64,000 bases of DNA, taken from the NCBI GenBank assembly GCA_963701965.1, contig OY969695.1, positions 3,712,001 to 3,776,000 of the forward strand. Reading direction: 5' to 3'. This document shows positions 1-9,317 of this stretch, piece after piece (position 1 is the first letter of the stretch; every line of letters starts with the position of its first letter). The position numbers and the translations under genes are program-made. The notes under the pieces were generated by a model. It saw only the letters and a list, made by a program, of their open reading frames with translations. It ran no database searches and was not told the DNA's origin. The DNA is from an uncultured Gemmatimonadales bacterium. GTDB taxonomy: Bacteria > Gemmatimonadota > Gemmatimonadetes > Gemmatimonadales > Gemmatimonadaceae.

Positions 1-445
1 CGTCCCGTCGCGGCAGGGTTTGGGCGTCGGCTTTGCCGCCGACGTAGACGCCCGAGAGCTTCATCAGCCCGTGCGTGCCATCGACGCGCTGGAAGCCATG
101 ATAGGCGATGAGCAGGGAGGCGTATTCGCCGATCGACGACAGTTTATTGCGGACGCTCTGTTGTTGGCCCCGATCAGTCGCCGGGTACATGTACGTGGGA
201 CCCTTGTCGTTCAAGGCGTCGACCACGGGCTCGGGCGGCGTCGAATCGGTGCCGAAGATATAGAGAAACCGCTGCGGTGTCGGCGACGCGTCGGCGATGA
301 ACTGCCGGACTGCGGCGTCCATGACTACGCTGTCGGTCGCGATCTGACATTGGTTGTGGGCGAACTGCTGCAGCGCGTCCTTGCGATTCGAGACACAGGC
401 ACTGACGACGACTACGCTCGCCCACGCCAGCGCCGCGCGCCTCAT
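1..445 (-). CDS. Putative lipoprotein of unknown function, 3' end runs off the window
   Basis: Not in the ORF track. ATG at 445 overlaps the ctaG stop (ATGA). Reads MRRAALAWASVVVVSAC-VSNRKDALQQF... with a lipobox-like Cys and stays open to position 1. Confidence 0.7.
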   Translation of the reverse strand, partial: MRRAALAWASVVVVSACVSNRKDALQQFAHNQCQIATDSVVMDAAVRQFIADASPTPQRFLYIFGTDSTPPEPVVDALNDKGPTYMYPATDRGQQQSVRNKLSSIGEYASLLIAYHGFQRVDGTHGLMKLSGVYVGGKADAQTLPRRD

Positions 446-1278
446 GCGGACGGGCGCCAGCCGACTTGGGCCGCCGCGGCGTGATCCTCGCCGCGTTGCG
501 CCCATTTGAAGAACACGATCGACATGATGGCGAGGTAGATGATGCTCCCCGGCACCCACATGATGAGCCCTCCCAACTGCTGGTCCTCCAGCGGCGATAG
601 TCCCCAGATCCGCGGCGCGTTCTCGTACGCGGGATAGAGCACGTGATCGGCCAACGAGACATAGACGGCCACGATCGACATCGGGATACTCATGAGAAAG
701 CAGTAGAGCATCTGCCCGGGGTAGGCGAGGCGTGGCAGCTCCGGCAAAGGGCTCAGGAACGGCCACCACATGAGGACCGCGGCGGCCATGAACATCAGAT
801 GCTCGACAATGTGCACCGGATGCTCGGCCATCGCCAGATTGTAGAGGAGCGGGATGTGCCAGCCGGCCACCACGATGTTGAATATCGCGAAGCAGACGAC
901 CGGGCGGGTGAGCCAATGGGCCACGGCGCCGACGCCCGGTACCCGCAGGGCGGGGCGCAGCATCCAGCCGGGCGTGCCGACGACCAGCAGCGGAGCGACC
1001 AGGAAGATCAGCGCCAGGTGCTGGATCATGTGGGCGCTGAAGAGATCGTAGTCCGAGAGGTCGTGCAGGGGCCCATTGAGGGCGAAGAACATGGCCAGCA
1101 GCCCGGCGGCGAACGACCAGACCTGCACGGGCGTCACGGGTTGCCGCTCGGCGCGCACCCGCCAGCCATACAGGCCGGCCAGGCCGGCGATACCCACCAC
1201 CGTGCTCCAGTGAATGGAAAAGCCGGCCGTGCCGGCCGGCCCGAGGGGGTGGAGCAGCAAGAACAGCCCGTGAGACAT
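442..1278 (-). CDS. ctaG: Cytochrome c oxidase assembly protein (caa3 CtaG family)
   Basis: Multi-TM protein with LFSAHMIQH, WHIPLLY, HIVEH and DQQLGGLIMWVPG motifs; follows the oxidase subunit genes. Confidence 0.9.
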   Translation of the reverse strand: MSHGLFLLLHPLGPAGTAGFSIHWSTVVGIAGLAGLYGWRVRAERQPVTPVQVWSFAAGLLAMFFALNGPLHDLSDYDLFSAHMIQHLALIFLVAPLLVVGTPGWMLRPALRVPGVGAVAHWLTRPVVCFAIFNIVVAGWHIPLLYNLAMAEHPVHIVEHLMFMAAAVLMWWPFLSPLPELPRLAYPGQMLYCFLMSIPMSIVAVYVSLADHVLYPAYENAPRIWGLSPLEDQQLGGLIMWVPGSIIYLAIMSIVFFKWAQRGEDHAAAAQVGWRPSA

Positions 1279-1637
1279 CAGGACGTGAGCAAACCCAGAT
1301 GAAGGGCGAACTTGCCGAACAGGAACATGAGCGCCGCCAACGTCGCCGTGGCCACCAGCAGCGGCCCCGTGAAGAGAGCGCGATACAGCTTGCTATCGTA
1401 CTTGAGGTGCATGTAGAACAATACCACGATGGCGAACTTGACGGCGGACAGCACCAGCAAGGTGGGCACGAACCACGGCGACGCGACGAACGACGGGATG
1501 TAGTAGCACACCACTTCCATCACCGTGATCGCCGTCAGGATGACGGCGACCTTCCAGTAGGTCGACCAGTCCGGGTGATGCTCTTCGTGCGCCCCGTGCG
1601 CCCCGGCTGCCGGTGCCGTGCTATGAACGTCGCTCAT
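1278..1637 (-). CDS. Cytochrome c oxidase subunit IV family protein
   Basis: Start reassigned to MSDVHST (ATG 1637, overlapping the subunit III stop); three TM helices and the KFAIVVLFYMHLKYD motif. Confidence 0.88.
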   Translation of the reverse strand: MSDVHSTAPAAGAHGAHEEHHPDWSTYWKVAVILTAITVMEVVCYYIPSFVASPWFVPTLLVLSAVKFAIVVLFYMHLKYDSKLYRALFTGPLLVATATLAALMFLFGKFALHLGLLTS

Positions 1638-2296
1638 TTGATGAGATAGACGAGGGTGAAGATCGCGATCCAGACCACGTCGACGAAGTGCCAGTACAGC
1701 GCCGCGATGTCGACGTTGAGCGCGTCGTTCGGTCCGAGCCCGCGCTTGAAGTCGATCGACAGCAGGGTCAGCAGCCAGAGGACGCCGGCCGTGACGTGGG
1801 CGCCGTGGAATCCGGTCAGGGTGAAGAACGACGATCCGAACAGATTCGTCTTGATCGTCAGCCCCTCGTGCACGAACGATGTGAACTCGAATGCCTGGAA
1901 GCCAAGGAACGTGGCGCCGAGCAGCGCCGTCATGAACAGCCAAAGCTTCGAGTTGCCGAGGATTTTCTCACCGGTGGTGTGCTTCGGAACATCGCGGTTC
2001 TCGACGGCCGCCAGCGCCAGCACCATGGCCAGCGACGACATGAGCAGTACGAACGTCGAGCACGACGTCACCGGGATGTTCAGGATCGGGTTGAAGACGT
2101 GCTTCGTGCTCGGATCGACCCAGGCCTCGTGCGGGAACGGTCCGACGATCGACCGTCCCTTGTAGATCAGGTAGGTCGAGATCAGCGAAGCGAAGAGCAT
2201 GCATTCGGAACCGATGAACGCCCAGATGGCGATCTTTCGGTTCGGCAGTCCGGTCGTGGTGTACCCGTGACCGACTTCCGCGGCCGTCGCGCTCAT
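1634..2296 (-). CDS. ctaE: Cytochrome c oxidase subunit III
   Basis: Start at MSATAAEV (2296); WAFIGSECMLF, FFTLTGFHGAHV and YWHFVDVVW motifs. Confidence 0.93.
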   Translation of the reverse strand: MSATAAEVGHGYTTTGLPNRKIAIWAFIGSECMLFASLISTYLIYKGRSIVGPFPHEAWVDPSTKHVFNPILNIPVTSCSTFVLLMSSLAMVLALAAVENRDVPKHTTGEKILGNSKLWLFMTALLGATFLGFQAFEFTSFVHEGLTIKTNLFGSSFFTLTGFHGAHVTAGVLWLLTLLSIDFKRGLGPNDALNVDIAALYWHFVDVVWIAIFTLVYLIK

Positions 2297-4152
2297 CAGT
2301 GCGTGTGCTCCGGTTCGAGTGGGGTGGTGAGCCACCAGTACAGGCTCCCGACGAGCAGCGCGGCGCCGCCGAACAGGAACACGAATTCCGGGATCTTGTT
2401 CTCCATGTGCGACAGGAGCAGACCCGTGAACATGATCGGGAGCGAAAGCGCGGCGAGCGCCGGCTTCACCGTGGGATAGGGCAACGGAATGCCCAACTCG
2501 GCCGCGGTGGGAATGACCGTCTGGTCTTCGACGGGCGTCTTCGCATCCCACAGCGGGTAGCGCGACGTCACGTGAGGAATGTGCGCGAAGTTGTACGGCG
2601 GCGGCGGCGACGGAATGGACCACTCGAGCGTGCCGGCGTGCCAGGGATTGCTACCGGCGGGTTTGCCCGACCGCGCGCTCCGCCAGATGTTGTACACCAG
2701 GACGAGCGTCGCCGGAATCAGGATCCAGGCGCCGATCGACGACAGGCGGTTGAACACGTCCCATCCCTGTCCGCCGGCGTAGGTGTAGATCCGCCGCGGC
2801 ATGCCGAGGAGACCCGAGTAGTGCATCGGGAAGAACGCCAAGTTCGACCCGATGAAATTGAGCCAGAAGTGCCACTTCCCGAGGCGCTCATCGAGCAGCC
2901 GGCCCGTGAACTTGGGGAAGTACATGTAGAGCCCGGCGAACAGCCCCATGAGCGAGCCGCCGAACAGCACGTAGTGGAAGTGCGCCACCACGAAATACGT
3001 GTCGGTCTGCTGCAGGTCGGCGGGCGGCGACGAGTGCATGACGCCCGAGATGCCGCCGATGGTGAACATGGCCACGAGCCCGATGCCGAACATCATGGAT
3101 GTCGTGAACCGGATCGATCCGCCCCACATGGTGAAGATCCAATTGAAGATCTTCACGCCCGTCGGGATGGCGATCAGCATCGTCATGATGCTGAAGAACG
3201 AATCGGCGATCGGTCCCATGCCCACCGCGAACATGTGGTGCGCCCACACACCGAAGCCGAGCATACCGATCAGGATGCCCGAGTAGACCATCACCGGGTA
3301 GCCGAACAACGGCTTCTGGGAGAACGTCGGCAGCGCCTCCGACACCAGCCCGAAGGCCGGGAGCACCAGGATGTAGACCTCCGGGTGGCCGAAGATCCAG
3401 AACAAATGCTGCCACAGCAGCGGGTCGGCGCCCGCCGCCGTCGTGTAGAAATTCGTGCCGAAGAAGCGATCGAACAGCAGGAACACGAGCGCGATCGTGA
3501 TCACGGGGAACGCCAGCACGATCAGGAACTGCACCACGAACGACATCCACGTGAACAAGGGCACCCGCATGAGGTTCATGCCGGGCGCGCGCATGTTGAT
3601 GATCGTCGTGATGAAGTTGAAGCCCGCGGCCAGCGACGAGATACCCAGGATCTGGAGGCCGATCACCCAGACGTCGATGTTCGGACCCGGCGAGTACGCC
3701 TTGGTGGTCAGCGGGGCGTAGCCGAACCATCCCCCGTTGGGAGCGGCGCCGAACAGGATCGGCACCGTAATGAAGATGCCGCCGAACAGGTACACCCAGT
3801 AGCTGAACGCGTTGAGTCGCGGAAACGCGACGTCGCGGGCGCCGATCTGCAGCGGGATCAGCAGATTGAAAAAGGCCGCGGACAGCGGCATGACCACGAG
3901 GAAGATCATGGTCGTGCCGTGCATCGTGAAGATCTGGTTGTAGAGCTCGGCCGACACGAAATGCTGATTCGGGCCGCTGAGCTGCGTCCGAATGATTTCG
4001 GCTTCGGTGCCGCCGATCAGCATGAACGTGAGCGCCGTGAACAGATACAGCGTGCCGATGCGCTTGTGGTCCGTCGTGGAGAGCCAGCTCCAGAAGCCCG
4101 AGGGCTCATCGGCGACTCGGGGTACGGCCAGCGGCGCGGCAAGCGTTGCCAT
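2296..4152 (-). CDS. ctaD: Cytochrome c oxidase subunit I, A1-type heme-copper oxidase
   Basis: DHKRIG, TMHG, WIFGHPEVY (A1 signature), WAHHM, VAHFHY and GMPRR motifs. Confidence 0.97.
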   Translation of the reverse strand: MATLAAPLAVPRVADEPSGFWSWLSTTDHKRIGTLYLFTALTFMLIGGTEAEIIRTQLSGPNQHFVSAELYNQIFTMHGTTMIFLVVMPLSAAFFNLLIPLQIGARDVAFPRLNAFSYWVYLFGGIFITVPILFGAAPNGGWFGYAPLTTKAYSPGPNIDVWVIGLQILGISSLAAGFNFITTIINMRAPGMNLMRVPLFTWMSFVVQFLIVLAFPVITIALVFLLFDRFFGTNFYTTAAGADPLLWQHLFWIFGHPEVYILVLPAFGLVSEALPTFSQKPLFGYPVMVYSGILIGMLGFGVWAHHMFAVGMGPIADSFFSIMTMLIAIPTGVKIFNWIFTMWGGSIRFTTSMMFGIGLVAMFTIGGISGVMHSSPPADLQQTDTYFVVAHFHYVLFGGSLMGLFAGLYMYFPKFTGRLLDERLGKWHFWLNFIGSNLAFFPMHYSGLLGMPRRIYTYAGGQGWDVFNRLSSIGAWILIPATLVLVYNIWRSARSGKPAGSNPWHAGTLEWSIPSPPPPYNFAHIPHVTSRYPLWDAKTPVEDQTVIPTAAELGIPLPYPTVKPALAALSLPIMFTGLLLSHMENKIPEFVFLFGGAALLVGSLYWWLTTPLEPEHTH

Positions 4153-4165
4153 GTCGGTCTCTCTC

Positions 4166-5410
4166 CTACTTGAGTTGCTGTAGATAGGCCACGATGTCGG
4201 CGATCTGCTGGTCCGTCAGCGTACCGGTCGGCGCCGGTTGGCCTGTCTGGGGATCCACTTCGCCCTTGCCGAAGACCATCATCGCGACACCGGGCTTCAT
4301 TTTGTGCGCGTCTTTGACCCAATAACTCAGGTGGTGCGCGTCGTTGGGAAAGAGCGCCGAGGCGATCGTGTGGCGCGACGCGACGTGCGTCAGATTCGGC
4401 CCCACCAACCCCACCGAGTTCGGATTGCCCTTGATCGTGTGGCATCCGATGCAGGCCGACGCGCTGTACGTCTTGAAGCCCACCGCCGGGTCGCCGGTGA
4501 TCCCGCTCGTGAACTGCTCATTCTCCGGGAGCGGCGTATCGGGAATGGCGTGGGCCGGCAGCTTGCTCGCCGGAAACACATAACTGGACTCGGGCGCGAC
4601 GTTGGCCACCGGTTGCACCCCGGGCGGCGGCGCCGCCGCGGCGGGGTACACCGCGGGTTGGGCCTGGTGCGCCGCCCAGCGCGCGAAATCCGCTGGCGGC
4701 ACGGTGTACACGCGGAACCGCATGTCGGCGTGACTGTCGCCGCAGTACTCGTTACAGGACCCGTTCCACTCCTGCTCGCCCAAGGTCGAGTCGGGCGTGA
4801 ACCACAGGTAGTTCGTATGGTTGGAAATGACGTCGCGCTTGCCGCCCAACTGCGGAATCCAGAAGCTGTGCAGCACGTCGGCCGACCGGAGCGCGAAGTT
4901 GACCTTCCGGCCGTTCGGCAGATACAGCTCGTTCGCGGTCACGATGTTGTACTGCGGATAGCGGAACTCCCACCACCACTGGTGGCCGTACACATCGACC
5001 TGCAGGGCGTCGCTCTCGGCTTTGGCCTGCGTGACGAAGATCGTCTTGACGGTCGGCACGGCGATGAAGACCAGAATGACGGCGGGGATCGCCGTCCACA
5101 GGATCTCCAGCGCGGTGTTGCCGTGCACGGGCTTCGGGGTCGGCGCACCCTCGCGGTGACGGAACTTGATGATGGTGTAGACGAGCAACGCCTCCACGAG
5201 AATGAAGACGGCGACGCCCAGCTTGAGAAGAATGTTCCAGATGCCGTCGATCGCGCGCCCGAACTCGGTATGCGGAGCGAAGGTCGTGTTCGGGTACTGG
5301 TCCACGGCGCACGCCGCGAGCACCACAGTGCAGGCGATCAGCGCAACTCTGCCGGCCAGCCGGCGCGCACGAAAAGGTTGTGGCATGAGATGGTGGAAGA
5401 GGTCGGGCAT
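4166..5410 (-). CDS. ctaC: Cytochrome c oxidase subunit II with C-terminal cytochrome c domain (caa3-type)
   Basis: Lipobox LAAC, HQWWW, DVLHSFW, CuA motif CNEYCGDSHADM and heme c motif CIGCH. Start at 5410 or 5386. Confidence 0.95.
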   Translation of the reverse strand: MPDLFHHLMPQPFRARRLAGRVALIACTVVLAACAVDQYPNTTFAPHTEFGRAIDGIWNILLKLGVAVFILVEALLVYTIIKFRHREGAPTPKPVHGNTALEILWTAIPAVILVFIAVPTVKTIFVTQAKAESDALQVDVYGHQWWWEFRYPQYNIVTANELYLPNGRKVNFALRSADVLHSFWIPQLGGKRDVISNHTNYLWFTPDSTLGEQEWNGSCNEYCGDSHADMRFRVYTVPPADFARWAAHQAQPAVYPAAAAPPPGVQPVANVAPESSYVFPASKLPAHAIPDTPLPENEQFTSGITGDPAVGFKTYSASACIGCHTIKGNPNSVGLVGPNLTHVASRHTIASALFPNDAHHLSYWVKDAHKMKPGVAMMVFGKGEVDPQTGQPAPTGTLTDQQIADIVAYLQQLK

Positions 5411-5452
5411 AGGCAAAGACGCCAACAAATTAATCCGTCCCGCGTCCCGCTG

Positions 5453-5812
5453 TCACTCCTGGAGCGTATGCAAATCGGCGACTTTCGCGATGGCCAGCTC
5501 GAGTTGGGTGCGCACCTGCGCCACGCCTTCCCGCAACGTGCGCAGCCGCACCTTGTCGCTGCCCGTCCGTCCGGCGACGAGCAGGAGGCCAGCGACCTGA
5601 TCGGAGATCATGCCGAACTGTCCCTTGAGTGACGAGACCAATGGCGTGCCGGCCCGTCGGATCTGGGCTCCGTACATGGCGGCGTTTTGATTGCCCTTGA
5701 CGGCGATCGCCATTTGTTCGACAAGCCCATGTACGCGCTGTAGTTGAGTCTGCGCGGCTTCCAGTGTTTTCATCTTCTCGATGCCGGCGCCATCGAGTTT
5801 GGACCCGGCCAT
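5453..5812 (-). CDS. Hypothetical alpha-helical protein
   Basis: 119-aa ORF with plausible composition; start overlaps the stop of the upstream gene. Confidence 0.7.
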   Translation of the reverse strand: MAGSKLDGAGIEKMKTLEAAQTQLQRVHGLVEQMAIAVKGNQNAAMYGAQIRRAGTPLVSSLKGQFGMISDQVAGLLLVAGRTGSDKVRLRTLREGVAQVRTQLELAIAKVADLHTLQE

Positions 5813-6906
5813 CAGCGCACCCGCTCCAGGCGGGGATTGGGCCGCGCTTCGCTGCCCGCGCGCATGCGGAGCGGGCCGTCGAGGCTCACGAGCGCGGTCG
5901 TGAACCCGGTGCGCCCGGCCAGCAACGCGGCACCGATGCCGTACGCATCCACAGGGACGCCTTCTTCCTCGAACGCGCGAATCTTCTCCACCGTGAACCC
6001 GCTGGAGGCGAGGATCTTGATGTCGCCGAGCCCCTCGGCGTCGAGGGCATTCCGCACGTTCCAGACGAGCTGCGGGTTGACGCCGGTCGGCGCGAACGTT
6101 CCCATGGCAGGATAGATCGAGGCGTCGACGAGATTCTCCGATGTGGCTAATTGAATGCCCCAGAGGCGCCCGGCGCTACTCCCCCCGCCACTGCCCGCCT
6201 CCAGCGCGTGCGCGACGTCGAGCGCCGTGCGAACGGAGTCGTTCTCGTAATCGACGGGGACTATGATCTGAATGGCGGCGTCGAGCGCCGCGGCGAATTT
6301 TCGCGCGGCGAGCGGCGTGTCGCCGCCGAACGCGGCAATGAACGCGTGCGACACGAGAGCCAACGCCGGCATCCCCCGCGGCACCGGCGTGGGGGGATCG
6401 GCCGATATCGTGAGCGCGCCGCCGATCTGGGCCGCGAGTACGTCCCCGGATTGCGTGAGCCAGTGGTCGTGGCGCGCCGGAAATGCCATGATCGGCTTGG
6501 GGCGGGCCGCATCCACGAACGCCCGCGCGTTGGTGGTGACGCGCGTCCGCCGCGCCACGGTGCCGAGGATGAGGGGCTCGAGATGCGCGAAGCGGTCGTA
6601 CGGCCCTTCGATGGTCATCACGGTCTCGCCGGCCTCGGCGCGATCGCCGTCGTAGAGCGACATCACGACGAGCGACGACCAATCGTCGGTGCACAGCTTG
6701 AGGAGCGCGATGACCTCGTCCGTGCCGCCCAGGATGCTGGTGCGCTCGGCCGTCACCTGCACGCAGACGCGCGGACTCAGTCCCTCGGCGAGCAAGACTT
6801 CGCGCACGCGAGCCGCCGACCGGTCGGTCGAGGCCCCAAGTCGCAACCGTTCAACGGGGAGATTGAACGATGCCGGTTCGAGGCGCTTCCGTCGTCGTGG
6901 CGGCAT
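5812..6906 (-). CDS. Nicotinate/quinolinate phosphoribosyltransferase-like protein with degenerate motifs
   Basis: Type II PRTase features: LYDGDRAEAGETVMTIEGPY, FPARHDHW, VDYENDSV, KILASSGF, VDAYGIG. Start reassigned to MPPRRRKR. Confidence 0.8.
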   Translation of the reverse strand: MPPRRRKRLEPASFNLPVERLRLGASTDRSAARVREVLLAEGLSPRVCVQVTAERTSILGGTDEVIALLKLCTDDWSSLVVMSLYDGDRAEAGETVMTIEGPYDRFAHLEPLILGTVARRTRVTTNARAFVDAARPKPIMAFPARHDHWLTQSGDVLAAQIGGALTISADPPTPVPRGMPALALVSHAFIAAFGGDTPLAARKFAAALDAAIQIIVPVDYENDSVRTALDVAHALEAGSGGGSSAGRLWGIQLATSENLVDASIYPAMGTFAPTGVNPQLVWNVRNALDAEGLGDIKILASSGFTVEKIRAFEEEGVPVDAYGIGAALLAGRTGFTTALVSLDGPLRMRAGSEARPNPRLERVR

Positions 6907-6935
6907 TCGTGGTGGGAAAGGTAACTTTCGTGACA

Positions 6936-9317
6936 ATGACCGCCACCGCGCCCGTGCCGTCGTCCGACACATATCAGCCATCCGCCGTCGAGCGGAAATG
7001 GCAAGATCGGTGGCGGGAGCGCGGCACGAATGATACGGCGATCTCGTCCGGCGACCATCCGTTCTACGCGCTCATGATGTTCCCGTACCCATTGGCCGAG
7101 GGCCTGCACGTCGGGAATCTGTTCGCGTTCACGGGGAACGACATTTACGCGCGCTACCACCGGCTCCAGGGGCATACCGTCTTCGAGCCGCTGGGCTACG
7201 ACGCGTTTGGCATCCATTCCGAGAACTACGCGCTCAAGGTCGGGGTGCACCCGACCGTGCTCATCCCCAAGAACATCGCCAATTTCCGGCGGCAGCTGGA
7301 CCGGACCGGGCTCATGGTCGACTGGCGTTATTCTGTCGACACCACGGACCCGCGGTACTACCGGTGGACCCAGTGGGTCTTCCTGCAGCTCTATCGGCTT
7401 GGCCTGGCGTACAAGAAGCAAGGCGCCGTCAATTGGTGCCCCTGCGACAAGACCGTGCTGGCCAACGAGCAGGTGATCGACGGGCACTGCGAGCGCTGCG
7501 GGACGGCCGTCGAGCAGCGGTTCCTGGAGCAGTGGTTTTTCGCGATCTCGCGGTACGCGCAGCGGCTGTTGGACAACCTCGACTGGCTCGATTGGTCGGA
7601 GTCGACCAAGACCGCGCAACGCCATTGGATCGGCAAGAGCCAGGGCGCCGAATTGGTGTTTCCCGTAGGCGATGCCGGAAACCTGACGGTCTTCACGACG
7701 CGGCCCGACACGACGTTCGGCGCGACCTATGTGGTGCTGGCCCCCGAGCATCCCATGGTCCGCGCGATCACGAACGAGGCCCATCGGCCCGCGGTCGAGG
7801 CCTACCTGGATCGCGCGGCCAAGCAGGACGTCGTGAACCGGAAGATCACGAAGGACAAGACCGGCGTGTTCACCGGGGCGACGGCCACCAACCCCGCCAC
7901 CGGGCAGCCGGTGCCGGTGTGGGTCGCCGACTACGTTCTCATGGACTATGGCACGGGCGCCATCATGGGCGTGCCCGCGCATGACGAGCGCGATCACGAG
8001 TTCGCGCTGGCGCACGATCTGCCAATCGTGACGGTGATCGACGACGATCGGCTCATCAACTCGGGTCGTTTCGACACGCTGAGCGTCGAAGACGCGAAGC
8101 GCGGCATCGTCGAGTGGCTGGCCGGGCAGGGAAGAGGCCAACCGGTGGACAACTACCGGCTGCACGATTGGTGCATCTCGCGCCAGCGCTACTGGGGCCC
8201 GCCCATCCCGATCATCTACTGTCCGGAGTGCGGACCGGTGCCGGTGCCGGAGAAAGACCTGCCGGTCGTCCTGCCGTTCATCCCGGACTTCAAACCCGAT
8301 GACTCGGGGATCTCGCCGCTGGCGCGCCATGAGGAGTGGTATCGGGTGCCGTGTCCGCAGTGCGGCCGCGAGGGCCGTCGCGAGACGGACGTCTCCGATA
8401 CGTTCCTCGACAGCGCGTGGTATTTCCTCCGGTATCCCAGCGCCGATCGCGACAATGTGCCCTTTGATCCGGCGGTGACGCGCAAGTGGCTGCCGGTCAA
8501 CTCGTACATTGGCGGCAACGAGCACGCCGTCCTGCATCTGCTCTACTCGCGATTCATCGCAATGGTGCTCCACGAGACGGGGCACATCGACTTCGAGGAG
8601 CCGTTCACGCGCTTCCGCGCGCATGGGTTGATCGTGCGCGAAGGCGCGAAGATGTCGAAGAGCAAGGGCAACATCATTAATCCCGACGAGTACATCAACG
8701 CCTGGGGCGCCGACGCGTTCCGGATGTACTTGATGTTCCTGGGTCCGTATGAGCAGGGTGGCGACTATAGCGCCACCGGCATCTCGGGGACGAAGCACTA
8801 TCTGGACCGTTTGTGGGCCTCGGCCACCGACCATCGGACCGACGGCGCGCCGGACCCCGCCGTGCTGGCGCAGCTCCACCGGACGATCAAGAAAGTCGGT
8901 GAGGACATTCCGCGGCTGAGCTACAACACCGCCATCGCGGCCCTGATGAAGTACATGAACGTACTCCGCGAAGGGGAGCGGCATCCGCATCGGGCTGAAA
9001 TCGAGCCCCTGATCCAGCTGACGGCGCCGTTCGCGCCGCATATTGCCGAGGAGCTGTGGGATCGCTTCGGCCACCGCACCAGCGTATTCGACGCCGGCTG
9101 GCCGGCCTATGATCCCGCGCTCATCGTCGAGACGACGGTCACACTGGCGGTGCAGGTGAATGGCAAGCTGCGGGCGACGATCGCGGTCCCGGCGGACGTG
9201 ACCGAGGACGGTGCATTGCAGGCGGCCTTGGCCGATCCCGCGGTCGCCAAGCATGTGACCGGCACCCCGCGGAAAGTCATCTTCGTGCCCAAGCGTCTGC
9301 TCAATATCGTCACCTAG
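6936..9317 (+). CDS. leuS: Leucine--tRNA ligase
   Basis: MFPYP..GLHVGN (HIGH variant), editing-domain FTTRPDT and GTGAIMGVPAHD, WCISRQRYWG, KMSKS. Start reassigned to ATG 6936. Confidence 0.97.
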   Translation: MTATAPVPSSDTYQPSAVERKWQDRWRERGTNDTAISSGDHPFYALMMFPYPLAEGLHVGNLFAFTGNDIYARYHRLQGHTVFEPLGYDAFGIHSENYALKVGVHPTVLIPKNIANFRRQLDRTGLMVDWRYSVDTTDPRYYRWTQWVFLQLYRLGLAYKKQGAVNWCPCDKTVLANEQVIDGHCERCGTAVEQRFLEQWFFAISRYAQRLLDNLDWLDWSESTKTAQRHWIGKSQGAELVFPVGDAGNLTVFTTRPDTTFGATYVVLAPEHPMVRAITNEAHRPAVEAYLDRAAKQDVVNRKITKDKTGVFTGATATNPATGQPVPVWVADYVLMDYGTGAIMGVPAHDERDHEFALAHDLPIVTVIDDDRLINSGRFDTLSVEDAKRGIVEWLAGQGRGQPVDNYRLHDWCISRQRYWGPPIPIIYCPECGPVPVPEKDLPVVLPFIPDFKPDDSGISPLARHEEWYRVPCPQCGREGRRETDVSDTFLDSAWYFLRYPSADRDNVPFDPAVTRKWLPVNSYIGGNEHAVLHLLYSRFIAMVLHETGHIDFEEPFTRFRAHGLIVREGAKMSKSKGNIINPDEYINAWGADAFRMYLMFLGPYEQGGDYSATGISGTKHYLDRLWASATDHRTDGAPDPAVLAQLHRTIKKVGEDIPRLSYNTAIAALMKYMNVLREGERHPHRAEIEPLIQLTAPFAPHIAEELWDRFGHRTSVFDAGWPAYDPALIVETTVTLAVQVNGKLRATIAVPADVTEDGALQAALADPAVAKHVTGTPRKVIFVPKRLLNIVT

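Noticed and set aside
2296..2500. Two extra C-terminal TM helices on subunit I with a shortened subunit III
   Set aside because: Known arrangement in caa3/bo3-type oxidases.
7074..7120. LeuS HIGH motif reads HVGN, preceded by PYPLAEG
   Set aside because: HIGH variants are common in LeuRS and the other motifs are intact; one S-to-L change cannot be interpreted without an alignment.
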